Shown here piece after piece: positions 19,310 through 29,423 of a stretch of DNA of 64,000 nucleotides. The notes under the pieces were generated by a model that did not search any database, was not told the origin of the DNA, and saw nothing but the letters and a program-made list of their open reading frames with translations. The DNA lies in assembly GCA_964403585.1 (NCBI GenBank), contig CAYOFQ010000001.1, forward strand, positions 332,456-396,455, read 5' to 3'. Numbering within the stretch: the first letter of the stretch is position 1; each line of letters begins with the position of its first letter. A program made the position numbers and the translations under genes. The stretch is from an uncultured Gammaproteobacteria bacterium. Its GTDB lineage: Bacteria; Patescibacteriota; Microgenomatia; JALYQM01.

Positions 19310-22300
19310 ATGGCGCAGCAGCTCAGCACCCCTACCCCCACACCTATTACTAGAAGATTTTGGAAAGAAACCAACCCCTCAGTTCCCGAACTCGATCTTA
19401 ATATGGTTCAGAGAGAATCCTATGTCGAGTTTCTTGAGCATGGAGTTCAGGAAATTCTTGAAGAGTTAAGCCCGATTGAGGACTTTACCGGGAATAACTG
19501 GGCTCTTTCATTTGGTAAGCATACCATTGGTACTCCAATGTATTCACCAAATGAATCCATGTTAAAAGGAGTTTCTTATGAAGCTCCAATGCGTGTTGAA
19601 GCCGTTTTAATCAATAAACAGACCGGCGAAAGAACCGAACAGGAAGTATTTCTTGGCGACATGCCCTTAATGACCGATCGCGGTACTTTTGTTGTCAATG
19701 GAATTGAGCGCTGTGTTGTTAACCAGCTCGTTCGTTCACCGGGTATCTTCTTCTCCAGTGAAATGGAACCGGGTGCACCACGACCAACCTATACAGCTGA
19801 AATCCGCCCGATGCGCGGATCCTGGCTCGAATTCACTATTGGTAAGAATGACATTATTACCGTAAAAATCGACCGCCGCCGCAAATTTCCGGCTACTACC
19901 TTACTCCGTGTTTACGGTTTGACCACCGACGAACAGATTATCGATGCCTTCAAGGATATCGATACCGATCCTGAGCACACCTTCTTCGCTTCAACTATTG
20001 ATAAAGACCCAACCAAGACCAAAGACGAAGCTGTTCTCGAAATTTACAAGAAAATGCGACCGGGTGACCCGGTAGTGATCGACAACGCCAATGCCTTAAT
20101 GGACGCCATGTTCTTTAGCCCACGCCGCTATACCCTTGGTAAAGTTGGACGCTATAAGGTGAACAAAAAATTAGCAGTCAATGTCCCACGCGATCAGCAA
20201 ACTCTCGTGCTGACCGATATTATCGCTGCACTTAAATATCTCATCGGCTTAACCCGCGGAGAAGGGGAAATCGATGATATTGACCACCTCGCTAACCGCC
20301 GTGTTCGCCGTGTCGGTGAACTGGTACAGCAGAATGCGTTCCGCGTTGGTATGCTCCGCTTGGAAAGAATGATTCGCGAAAGAATGAGCTTAACAGCTAC
20401 CGATCAGCCAATCACTCCGGTTTCACTCGTCAATGCCCGACCGATTATTGCTGCCATCAACGAATTCTTCCGCAGCTCACAGCTTTCCGCGATTTTGGAC
20501 CAAACCAATCCATTGTCCGAAATTGATAACCTCCGCCGTTTAACCGTTATGGGTGCCGGTGGTATTACCCGAGAACGTGCGTCATTCTCTATTCGCGATA
20601 TTAACACTTCACAGTACGGCCGTGTTTGTCCAATTCGCTCACCTGAAGGTCCAAACATCGGTTTGGTTACCTATTTGGCGCTGTACACTCGTGTCAATGA
20701 ATTCGGCTTCCTCGAAGCTCCTTATCGCAAGGTAGTTAAAGAAGCTGACGGCCGCATGAAAGTTTTGAACGAAGTAGCCTATCTTTCGGCTGACGATGAA
20801 GAAAAACAGTTTATCACTCACGCTGAAATAAATATTGATAAAGAAAGGTACATTACTGACGAACGCGTTCCGGTACGGTATAAGGGTCGCTTCTACGTAA
20901 CCGAAGCTACCGTTGTTCAATACATTGATATGGTTGCCCGACAGGTTGTCGGTACATCCGCTTCACTTATTCCATTCGTATCCCACGACGAAGCCAACCG
21001 CGCGCTCATGGGTACGCACATGCAGTGTCAGGCAGTTCCACTTATTAACCCGCAAAGCCCGTGGGTAGGAACCGGTATGGAAAAGACTGTAGCCGGAGCC
21101 ATGGGACGCGTTGTTTATGCTGAAACCGACGGTGTTGTAAGTTTTGCTGATGGCAACAAAGTTACCGTTAAATACGAAGGTCAGAAAGAGCCAAAATCGT
21201 ATGGATTACAGAAATTTGTCCGTACCGCTCAGTCCACCTGTTACTCACAGAAGGTCTGTGTGGTGACCGGCCAGAAAGTTAAGAAAGGTGACCTCTTAAT
21301 TGACGGACCATCCTCAGATCGTGGTGAGCTCTCACTCGGATCTAACCTCCTGATTGCCTACATGGCGTATGAAGGTCTTGGCTACGAAGACGCGATCGTT
21401 ATCTCAGACCGCCTCGTTAAAGAAGATGTGTTGACCTCTATCAACATTGAAGAATACGAAGCAGCCGTTGTTGACACCAAACTTGGTTCAGAAGAAATGA
21501 CTGCCGACATTCCAAACGTTTCCGAAGAAGATCTCATGCACCTCGATGAGCGTGGAATAGTTATCGTTGGATCAGAAGTTGGTCCGGGCGATATCTTAGT
21601 CGGGAAAATTGCGCCAAAAGGTGAGTCGGAATTAACCGCTGAAGAGCGATTACTCCGCGCCATCTTTGGAGAAAAGGCCCGCGAAGTTCGCGATACGTCA
21701 CTCCGCATGCCACACGGTGACCGCGGTGTTGTTGTTGAAGTTAAAGTTCTCGACAAGAACAAAGGTGATGATCTTGAACCCGGTACCAACCAGTTAGTTA
21801 AAGTAAAAGTTGTCCAGATGCGTAAAATTACCGTCGGAGACAAATTGGCCGGACGACACGGTAACAAAGGTATTATCTCTAAGATCGTACCCCAGGCCGA
21901 TATGCCATATATGCCTGATGGCCGACCAATCGACATCATTATTTCGTCACTCTCGGTTCTTTCCCGTATGAACCTTGGACAGCTTTTGGAAGCACAGCTC
22001 GGTCTCGCTGCCGAGAAGCTTGGATACAAAATGGGTATTCCGGCGTTTGAGGAAGTTCCGGAAGAATTTATTGCTCAGGAATTAAAGCGGGCCGGCTATC
22101 CTGAATCCGGTAAAATTCGTCTCTACGACGGACGTACCGGTGAACAGTTCGAACAGGAAACAGTGGTAGGCGTTTCACATATCCTGAAGCTTATTCACAT
22201 GGTCGAAGACAAAACTCACGCGCGTTCAACCGGACCATACTCACTCGTTACCCAGCAGCCACTCGGAGGTAAAGCTCAGATGGGTGGACAGCGTCTCGGA

Positions 22301-22756
22301 GAAATGGAGGTCTGGGCACTTGAAGCATATGGTGCCGCTCATATCCTCCAGGAAATGCTTACGGTTAAGTCTGACGACGTCGTCGGACGTGTTAAGACCT
22401 TCGAAGCAATCGTTAAAGGAACTCAGATTCCTGAAGCGCTCATTCCTGAATCATTCAAAGTTTTGGTCAAGGAATTGCAGTCACTCTCAATCCAGGTATT
22501 AATGCTTGGATCCAATAAGAAAGATCGCAAAGACGCGGAAGAAATCGCTAAGTCTGAAATTGATACTGATGAAAAAGCACAGCAACAGGCAGCCGAGTTA
22601 ATGCAGGTTCTCGATGCGGAATCAATCGTCGCAGCAGACACTGATTCTACAGGAGATGTACCAGGCGTTAAAGTCGAAGAAGCTGAAGAAGCAGGCCTCG
22701 CCACGGGCGATGGAGATTATACCGATGATGAAGAATCAGAAGAGGAGGAAGCGTAA
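19310..22756 (+). CDS. rpoB: DNA-directed RNA polymerase subunit beta
   Basis: 1148 aa. Contains the conserved GNKG and catalytic-cleft motifs. RBS AAAGGAGAAG upstream. Confidence 0.97.
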   Translation: MAQQLSTPTPTPITRRFWKETNPSVPELDLNMVQRESYVEFLEHGVQEILEELSPIEDFTGNNWALSFGKHTIGTPMYSPNESMLKGVSYEAPMRVEAVLINKQTGERTEQEVFLGDMPLMTDRGTFVVNGIERCVVNQLVRSPGIFFSSEMEPGAPRPTYTAEIRPMRGSWLEFTIGKNDIITVKIDRRRKFPATTLLRVYGLTTDEQIIDAFKDIDTDPEHTFFASTIDKDPTKTKDEAVLEIYKKMRPGDPVVIDNANALMDAMFFSPRRYTLGKVGRYKVNKKLAVNVPRDQQTLVLTDIIAALKYLIGLTRGEGEIDDIDHLANRRVRRVGELVQQNAFRVGMLRLERMIRERMSLTATDQPITPVSLVNARPIIAAINEFFRSSQLSAILDQTNPLSEIDNLRRLTVMGAGGITRERASFSIRDINTSQYGRVCPIRSPEGPNIGLVTYLALYTRVNEFGFLEAPYRKVVKEADGRMKVLNEVAYLSADDEEKQFITHAEINIDKERYITDERVPVRYKGRFYVTEATVVQYIDMVARQVVGTSASLIPFVSHDEANRALMGTHMQCQAVPLINPQSPWVGTGMEKTVAGAMGRVVYAETDGVVSFADGNKVTVKYEGQKEPKSYGLQKFVRTAQSTCYSQKVCVVTGQKVKKGDLLIDGPSSDRGELSLGSNLLIAYMAYEGLGYEDAIVISDRLVKEDVLTSINIEEYEAAVVDTKLGSEEMTADIPNVSEEDLMHLDERGIVIVGSEVGPGDILVGKIAPKGESELTAEERLLRAIFGEKAREVRDTSLRMPHGDRGVVVEVKVLDKNKGDDLEPGTNQLVKVKVVQMRKITVGDKLAGRHGNKGIISKIVPQADMPYMPDGRPIDIIISSLSVLSRMNLGQLLEAQLGLAAEKLGYKMGIPAFEEVPEEFIAQELKRAGYPESGKIRLYDGRTGEQFEQETVVGVSHILKLIHMVEDKTHARSTGPYSLVTQQPLGGKAQMGGQRLGEMEVWALEAYGAAHILQEMLTVKSDDVVGRVKTFEAIVKGTQIPEALIPESFKVLVKELQSLSIQVLMLGSNKKDRKDAEEIAKSEIDTDEKAQQQAAELMQVLDAESIVAADTDSTGDVPGVKVEEAEEAGLATGDGDYTDDEESEEEEA

Positions 22757-22789
22757 TTATTATTCTCGATAATAAGGAGCACAAAACAT

Positions 22790-25700
22790 ATGGCCGACAT
22801 TTTAGATTTTGATGCAATACAGCTCTCAGTTGCCTCTCCTCAGACAATCAAAAACTGGTCTCATGGTGAAGTAACCAAACCTGAAACCATTAACTACCGT
22901 ACCCTTCGACCGGAAAAGAATGGATTGTTCTGTGAGAAGATTTTTGGTCCAACCAAGGACTGGGAATGTTATTGTGGTAAATATAAGCGAATTCGTTACA
23001 AGGGAATCATCTGCGATAAATGCGGAGTTGAAGTAACCCAGTCCAAAGTACGCCGTGAACGCATGGCGCATATTGGACTCGCCGCTCCGGTGGCTCATGC
23101 CTGGTTTATGCGTGGTACACCTTCAGTTCTGGCGTTGTTACTCGACCTTTCACCACGCAGCCTGGACGCAGTAATCTATTTCTCTTCCTATATCATCATT
23201 TCCGTAAATGAAGAGAAAAAAGCCGAAGTTGTTGAACAGCTTTCAGGCAAACTTGAATCCCGCCGTTCCGAACTGCGCGAAAAAACCGAAGAGCAGATCA
23301 CCAAACTCGAAGATGAATTAAAGGAACGATTGGCAGCCTTAAAGAGTGATGAACTCAAGAAAGAAGCCAAAGAACTTTCCAAAACCGAATTAGAGTTAAA
23401 GACCCGTCAAAAGGTACAGCAACTTCGAACTGAACTTGAAAAAGAAGAGGGTCGACTCGAAGAAGTATATAAGACCGTCAACGAAATGGTAAACACAGTC
23501 AAACCACACACCCTTTTGTCCGAAGACGAATATTACAAGCTCATGGAGTATGATGCCTCCGACTTCCTCGAAGTTGGCATGGGTGCTGAAGCAGTTCTCG
23601 ACATCCTTGGTCAGATCGATCTCGGTAAATTATCTGCTGAGCTCCGTGAAGAATCAAACAAGACTTCCGGTCAGCGACATATTAAAGCCGGCAAGCGGTT
23701 AAGAATCGTTGAAGGAATGCGCGCAGCGAAGATTGATCCACAGTGGATGATCCTGCAGGTACTTCCGGTTATTCCACCTGAGCTCCGCCCAATGGTGCAG
23801 CTCTCCGGAGGACGTTTTGCTACATCCGACTTAAACGATTTATATCGACGTGTTATCAACCGCAATAATCGCTTAAAGCGACTTATCGATCTTGGTGCAC
23901 CGTCAATCATTTTGCGCAACGAAAAGCGTATGTTACAGGAAGCTGTCGATGCACTTATCGATTCATCACGCAAAACAACTTCACGACTTTCAGCTCAGGC
24001 TGAAACAAAATCATTAACCGACATGTTACAGGGTAAACAGGGACGCTTCCGCCAGAACTTACTTGGTAAGCGCGTTGACTATTCCGGACGTTCGGTTATC
24101 GTTGTCGGTCCTGAATTGAAGCTTAATCAGATGGGCTTGCCAAAAGAAATGGCCCTCGAAATGTTTAAGCCGTTCGTATTACATGAACTCATTGTCCGCG
24201 GCTTTGCACCAAACGTAAAATCAGCTAAACACGTTTTAGAACGACGATCCGGCGAAGTCTGGGATATTCTTGAAGAAATCACCAAGAACCATCCGGTTCT
24301 ATTAAACCGTGCTCCGACGCTTCACAAGTTGGGTATCCAGGCATTCTTCCCGATCCTGGTTGAAGGAAACGCTATCAAGATTCACCCGTGTGTCTGTACC
24401 GGATACAACGCTGACTTCGACGGTGACCAGATGGCTGTACACATTCCGCTTTCTCAGAAAGCCCGCGATGAAGCCATTGAATTAATGCTTGCATCCAAGA
24501 ACTTGCTCTTACCATCAAACGGTACCCCGGTAACTTTGCCAAACCGCGAAATGTCGCTCGGTGCGTACTTCATGACGTATACAATGGAAGATCAGCCAAA
24601 AGATGACAAAGTTTTTGCCGATTTTGAAGAAGCTATTTACGCTAACCAGGTAGGTAAACTCGATTTACATACCATAATCAATGTCCGTAAAGAAGGTAAA
24701 TTAATGCAGACAACCGTCGGCCGCATTCTTTTCAATGAAGTCATGCCCGAGAATCTCGGTTTCGTAAACAAGCTTGTTGAAGGTAAATTAATCCGTACAC
24801 TTGTTACCCAGGCGTATGAAACCTGTGATAACGAAACAGTTCGTAAATTTATCGATGACCTGAAGACACTTGGATTTAAGTATGCAGACAAAGCCGGTAT
24901 TTCCATCGGTATAGTTGACTGTGTCATCCATCCTGATCGTGACCGAGTTATTGAAGAAGCCGACGAGCGCGTTGCTGAAATTGACGCATCATACAAGAAC
25001 GGTTTAATTACCCGCGACGAAATGCGCGCTATTTCCAACGATATTTGGATTGAAACAACTGAAAAAGTTCAGAAGATGACCTGGGATTACATGGAATTCC
25101 TTAATCCGTTAAAGATGGTTGTGGAAGCCGGAGCCCGTGGTTCTAAAGACCAGGTTAAACAGCTCCAGGGTATGCGCGGACTCGTTGCCGACCCTACCGG
25201 GCGTATCGTTGAACTGCCAACCAAGTCCAACTTCCGCAAAGGCTTGATGGTGTTCGAATACTTCACCTCGGCTCGTGGATCCCGAAAAGGGTTCGCTGAC
25301 CGCGCCTTGCGTACTTCAGCTTCCGGTTACTTGACCCGCCGCTTAGTCGACGTTGCTCATGACGTGATCATTCGCGAAATCGATTGCGGTGCTACAGTTG
25401 GATTCTCAGTAACCCGACAGGAATTTGGACGACATTTCAAAGAGCGATTGATCAGCCGGTATATGGCCGAGGACGTTCTTGATCCAAAATCAGGTAAAGT
25501 AATGGCAGCTGCCAACAGCTTAGTTGACGAAAAACTGGCCGACGAAATTGATGCAGCCGGTGTTGAAAAAGCCATGGTTCGCTCACCATTAACCTGCCAG
25601 ACCAAATTTGGTATGTGTCAGCATTGTTATGGCTGGGACATGTCCAGCAAGAAAGTTGTAACACTCGGTACACCGGTTGGTGTTATCGCCGCTCAGTCCA

Positions 25701-26485
25701 TTGGAGAACCGGGAACACAGCTCACGATGCGTACCTTCCATACCGGAGGTGTTATTGGTCTCGACATTACCCAGGGTCTTCCCCGTGTGGAAGAACTCGT
25801 GGAAGCACGTACACCAAAGAACCCGGTTCCAATCGCCGAAATCTCCGGTAAAGTTGAAATCTTTGAAACCGCCGATAATATTGTTATCCGTATCAAAGAT
25901 GAAAGTGCCAAGCCGGTTGAAGAACGCGAATACGTCTTACCGTTAACAGCCGACCTTAAAGTCGAAGACGGACAAATGGTAGGTGTTGGTACCGCGTTAA
26001 TGTCCGGTCACCTGGACATCAAGCAGATTCTTCAGGTACAGGGATTGCAGGCCGCTCAGAAATATCTCATTGCTCAGGCACAGGATGTGTATGAGTCACA
26101 GGGTATTCCAATTCATGACAAACACTTTGAAGTCATCGTTCGCAAGATGTGTGACAAAGTCAAAGTTGAAGCACAGGGCGATACGACACTCTTACCGGGC
26201 GAATTGGTTGAACGCGCACGCTATGAAGCCGAGAACGCTAAGGTTATTGCTGAAGGCGGTGAACCTGCATCAGCCCAGATCGTTATCTTGGGTATAACTA
26301 AAGCTTCACTCTATACCGATTCGTTCTTGTCAGCTGCTTCCTTCCAGGAAACCAAGAATGTCTTGACCGAAGCTGCCGTACTTGGTAAGGTTGACCACCT
26401 CGTTGGTTTGAAAGAAAACGTCATCATTGGTCGGTTAATTCCAACCAGCCCGGAACGTGCAACTGAAATGATGGGTGCTGAATAG
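22790..26485 (+). CDS. rpoC: DNA-directed RNA polymerase subunit beta'
   Basis: 1231 aa. N-terminal Zn-binding CxxC…CxxC, catalytic NADFDGDQMAVH, and the conserved trigger-loop region. RBS AAGGAG upstream. Confidence 0.97.
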   Translation: MADILDFDAIQLSVASPQTIKNWSHGEVTKPETINYRTLRPEKNGLFCEKIFGPTKDWECYCGKYKRIRYKGIICDKCGVEVTQSKVRRERMAHIGLAAPVAHAWFMRGTPSVLALLLDLSPRSLDAVIYFSSYIIISVNEEKKAEVVEQLSGKLESRRSELREKTEEQITKLEDELKERLAALKSDELKKEAKELSKTELELKTRQKVQQLRTELEKEEGRLEEVYKTVNEMVNTVKPHTLLSEDEYYKLMEYDASDFLEVGMGAEAVLDILGQIDLGKLSAELREESNKTSGQRHIKAGKRLRIVEGMRAAKIDPQWMILQVLPVIPPELRPMVQLSGGRFATSDLNDLYRRVINRNNRLKRLIDLGAPSIILRNEKRMLQEAVDALIDSSRKTTSRLSAQAETKSLTDMLQGKQGRFRQNLLGKRVDYSGRSVIVVGPELKLNQMGLPKEMALEMFKPFVLHELIVRGFAPNVKSAKHVLERRSGEVWDILEEITKNHPVLLNRAPTLHKLGIQAFFPILVEGNAIKIHPCVCTGYNADFDGDQMAVHIPLSQKARDEAIELMLASKNLLLPSNGTPVTLPNREMSLGAYFMTYTMEDQPKDDKVFADFEEAIYANQVGKLDLHTIINVRKEGKLMQTTVGRILFNEVMPENLGFVNKLVEGKLIRTLVTQAYETCDNETVRKFIDDLKTLGFKYADKAGISIGIVDCVIHPDRDRVIEEADERVAEIDASYKNGLITRDEMRAISNDIWIETTEKVQKMTWDYMEFLNPLKMVVEAGARGSKDQVKQLQGMRGLVADPTGRIVELPTKSNFRKGLMVFEYFTSARGSRKGFADRALRTSASGYLTRRLVDVAHDVIIREIDCGATVGFSVTRQEFGRHFKERLISRYMAEDVLDPKSGKVMAAANSLVDEKLADEIDAAGVEKAMVRSPLTCQTKFGMCQHCYGWDMSSKKVVTLGTPVGVIAAQSIGEPGTQLTMRTFHTGGVIGLDITQGLPRVEELVEARTPKNPVPIAEISGKVEIFETADNIVIRIKDESAKPVEEREYVLPLTADLKVEDGQMVGVGTALMSGHLDIKQILQVQGLQAAQKYLIAQAQDVYESQGIPIHDKHFEVIVRKMCDKVKVEAQGDTTLLPGELVERARYEAENAKVIAEGGEPASAQIVILGITKASLYTDSFLSAASFQETKNVLTEAAVLGKVDHLVGLKENVIIGRLIPTSPERATEMMGAE

Positions 26486-26504
26486 TTCAGACTGAATAAA
26501 CAAA

Positions 26505-26531
26505 GAAGGCCGCTTAACGCGGCTTTTTTTG
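26505..26531 (+). terminator. Rho-independent terminator after rpoC
   Basis: GCCGC-TTAA-GCGGC hairpin followed by TTTTTTT, 20 nt after the rpoC stop codon. Confidence 0.6.
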
Positions 26532-26584
26532 TGCGCGGTTATCCTATTGAATAGCTAATCCAATGGTACTTATACTAACAGTAG

Positions 26585-28894
26585 ATGAAAAAACACGCCA
26601 TCATTGCTCTTATAGGGTTTTTCGTTCTGACCTTTGCTTTATCCACCTATTCGTATTTCCAGAATACGGGATTGGTAGCAGAACAAATCGCCAAACAACG
26701 TTCTGCAGCCGCGGAGTCTGCTCCACAAATTTATTGGGGTGCCCGCATGGATGGCGAAGTATACGGCACGGGAGATGCTCCATGGGATGATACTACCTGG
26801 AATACTTTTGAACAGCATACCGGTAAAAAAGCGTCAATAATTCACTACGGTGTAACTTATCCTGCCTACTATAAAGACCATGTTTCAATGTACCAGAAGG
26901 TAAAAAGCCGTGGTGCAATCTCTCTCATTACCTGGAGCACTGCTAACCTCAAACTTAAGGATATTGCTAGTGGGCTACATGACGATTATTTTAAAGCATG
27001 GGGACAACAGGCCGCCGCATCAGGTATCCCAATGTTTGTCCGTTTGGACTGGGAAATGAATGGCGGATGGTACCCCTGGGCAACGACTCCTAACAATCAA
27101 TATGGAAACACGCCTGCAGATTATATTGCTATGTGGCGTCACATTCATGATGTTGTAGAAGGTGAAGGTGCTAAGAATATTACCTGGACCTGGTGCCCGA
27201 ATGTTAATTTTTCCGGTAGTACTCCGTTGAAAGATATTTATCCCGGAGATGCGTATGTTGACTGGACCTGTTTTGACGGCTATAATTTTTCCACACTTAA
27301 AGGGGTAAGTTGGCAGACTTTTAGTCAGGTAGTAAAGCCAACGTATGACCAGTTACTCCAGATAGCTCCATCAAAACCGATTATAATAGCTGAGTTTGGT
27401 TCTACCGAGTTGGGAGCTCCCTCCGGTACTTCCAAAGCCGCATGGATTACCGATGCCATTGCGACACAAATCCCAACTAATTTTCCTAAAATCAAAGGCA
27501 TCGTCTGGTTTAACTGGAATATTGTTGAAAACAATCAGCGTGCAGACTGGCAAATTGAATCTTCAACAAATTCACAAAACGCCTTTGCAGGTGCTATCGC
27601 CAGTCCGGTATACGCTGCCAATATCTTCTCAAATCTTGCTAATAACACCAAAGTTCAGCCGCTTGCAGCTCCCCTCAGTGCCACACCTACCCCTCAATCA
27701 ACCCTTGGTGCAACTGCAACGCCGCCGACAATTGCAACACCTACAGTCACCCCACTTGCTACAAAAACACCGACACCGGTACCAACTCCAACACCTGACC
27801 TGACCGCCCCGATCGTAGCAATTACCCAACCGCTTGCAGATGCGCAAGTAACTGCCAATGTTACCATTGCTGCCGATGTCAGCGACAACATCGGAGTAAC
27901 TAAGGTCGAGTTTTACATTGATGGAATTCTCAAGGGGACTGATACAAGCGTTCCATACAGTATTACTACCAATTCAACGACAATTACCAACGGGATCCAC
28001 ACGGTCGTGGCAAGGGGCTACGATGCTGCCGGCAATGCCGGTCGCGATACACTCCAAATTTCGATCAGCAACGGGGATACTACTCCACCAAGCACTCCGG
28101 CCAATCTTTCGGGTCAGGCAATCGATTATAAAACGATTAGCTTAACCTGGTCACCTTCAACTGATTCGAGCGGAATTGGCAGTTATTGGGTATTGCGCAA
28201 TAATGTTACTGTCGGTCAGGCATCATCAAATAGCTATACGGATCAGGGACTCCTTCCGGCAACGCAATACGCCTACCAGGTCATTGCGGTTGATACGGCA
28301 GGAAATAGCTCACCTGCTTCCGGAACATTTTCAATTGCAACCCCTGCACAACCTGATACTACTGCTCCGACTATTCCGACAAATGTAAGTGCCAAAGCCG
28401 TATCCTCATCTCAGATAAACCTCTCCTGGTCTGCATCAACCGATAATATCGGGTTAGCCGGCTACGATATTTACCGTAATGGCCAATATTATCGAACGGT
28501 AACAGCGTCAACTTCATTCGGCGACACCGGAGTAACTCCTTCGACACAATACTCGTACTATATTCGCGCTAAAGATACATCGAATAATCTTTCCGGCCAG
28601 TCCAATACTGCTTCGGCAACATCCTTGGCAGTAATAACAAATGGAAGAATCGTAGGGAACATCTATAATACATCGCTACGGGGAATACCCTATGCTAAGG
28701 CTATAATAACTATTGGGGGGAGTACTCAAACCGTCAGTGCCGATTCAAGCGGATACTATTCAATAGCTAACATTCCGCCGGGCACCTATTCGGTCACCTA
28801 CACGGCCAAAAGATATAAATCATTAACAGTATCGGTAGTTGTTCCAAATGGCGGAACCGCCAGTCAAAATATAACCTTGCAAAATCGAAAGTAA
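26585..28894 (+). CDS. Secreted multidomain glycoside hydrolase: GH26-like (beta-mannanase-type) catalytic domain, Pro/Thr linker, Ig-like domain, two fibronectin-III domains, and a C-terminal carboxypeptidase-regulatory-like beta-sandwich
   Basis: Signal peptide MKKHAIIALIGFFVLTFALS. GH26-like motifs FVRLDWEMNGGWYPW and IIAEFGS. PT-rich linker TPTPQSTLGATATPPTIATPTVTPLATKTPTPVPTPTP. Ig-like VEFYIDGILKGTDTSVPYS. FN3-like repeats (…LTWSPSTDSSGIGSYWV… and …LSWSASTDNIGLAGYDIYRNG…). C-terminal YSVTYTAKRYKS… beta-sandwich. Confidence 0.6.
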   Translation: MKKHAIIALIGFFVLTFALSTYSYFQNTGLVAEQIAKQRSAAAESAPQIYWGARMDGEVYGTGDAPWDDTTWNTFEQHTGKKASIIHYGVTYPAYYKDHVSMYQKVKSRGAISLITWSTANLKLKDIASGLHDDYFKAWGQQAAASGIPMFVRLDWEMNGGWYPWATTPNNQYGNTPADYIAMWRHIHDVVEGEGAKNITWTWCPNVNFSGSTPLKDIYPGDAYVDWTCFDGYNFSTLKGVSWQTFSQVVKPTYDQLLQIAPSKPIIIAEFGSTELGAPSGTSKAAWITDAIATQIPTNFPKIKGIVWFNWNIVENNQRADWQIESSTNSQNAFAGAIASPVYAANIFSNLANNTKVQPLAAPLSATPTPQSTLGATATPPTIATPTVTPLATKTPTPVPTPTPDLTAPIVAITQPLADAQVTANVTIAADVSDNIGVTKVEFYIDGILKGTDTSVPYSITTNSTTITNGIHTVVARGYDAAGNAGRDTLQISISNGDTTPPSTPANLSGQAIDYKTISLTWSPSTDSSGIGSYWVLRNNVTVGQASSNSYTDQGLLPATQYAYQVIAVDTAGNSSPASGTFSIATPAQPDTTAPTIPTNVSAKAVSSSQINLSWSASTDNIGLAGYDIYRNGQYYRTVTASTSFGDTGVTPSTQYSYYIRAKDTSNNLSGQSNTASATSLAVITNGRIVGNIYNTSLRGIPYAKAIITIGGSTQTVSADSSGYYSIANIPPGTYSVTYTAKRYKSLTVSVVVPNGGTASQNITLQNRK

Positions 28895-28898
28895 GTAT

Positions 28899-29297
28899 AT
28901 GAACAAGAGCATAATCGGTAGTATAGCGTTAATGAGTATCATGGTGTTCAGCGCCTGTACACCGCAAGTACAAAAAGAATCACCGACACCTACCCCTGCA
29001 CCGGCAGTGAGAAGTAATCTCCCTGCAGCCGAGGTTACGCTGAGTAAAACAGGATTTGTTCCCAGGACCATCAGTGTCCAAAAGGGGCAGAGTGTTAAAT
29101 GGACGAATTCAGACACGCTTCCACATCGAATTGCCGTAGACCCGCATCCTACCCATACCGGGCTCGAAGGTTTTGATTCTGAAGAAAGCATAACTCCAAA
29201 AGGCACCTATACCTTTACTTTCGAAAAAGCAGGGACATATACCTACCACGATGAAACTAACCCGGGAAAAATCCAGGGGACGGTAATTGTAGAGTAA
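28899..29297 (+). CDS. Cupredoxin-like (plastocyanin/amicyanin-fold) lipoprotein lacking the canonical Cys copper ligand
   Basis: Lipobox MVFSAC. Domain VTLSKTGFVPRTISVQKGQSVKWTNSDTLPHRIAV…GTYTYHDETNPGKIQGTVIV follows the cupredoxin strand pattern. It has His but no Cys or Met ligand set. Confidence 0.5.
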   Translation: MNKSIIGSIALMSIMVFSACTPQVQKESPTPTPAPAVRSNLPAAEVTLSKTGFVPRTISVQKGQSVKWTNSDTLPHRIAVDPHPTHTGLEGFDSEESITPKGTYTFTFEKAGTYTYHDETNPGKIQGTVIVE

Positions 29298-29423
29298 TAA
29301 CTTATTTTTTCAGCATCGAAGTATAGTCTCCGCCGGCAGTTGGAGCAAGAATAAGTACCGGTTTACAATAATACCGTGATCGTCAACATAGACTTCATTT
29401 GCCATTGAGTAGTACTCCCGTAA

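Noticed and set aside
20404-22704. Several 60-215-aa ORFs antisense to rpoB (e.g. 21382-22029 minus, 20639-20920 minus)
   Set aside because: They lie entirely within a highly conserved essential gene on the opposite strand. They have Ser/Arg-rich composition typical of antisense frames.
22826-26297. Multiple short ORFs antisense to or out of frame with rpoC (e.g. 24637-25038 minus, 25677-25946 plus)
   Set aside because: Embedded in rpoC, with no independent signals. Chance frames.
27650-27800. Thr-Pro codon repeats (ACACCTACC… / CCAACTCCAACACCT) as a possible tandem DNA repeat or CRISPR-like array
   Set aside because: The periodicity comes from a PT-rich protein linker inside a continuous ORF. 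There are no identical spaced repeats.
27396-27803. 135-aa plus-strand ORF and short minus ORFs inside the GH26 gene
   Set aside because: Alternative frames of the Pro/Thr-linker region. The low-complexity sequence inflates ORF length.
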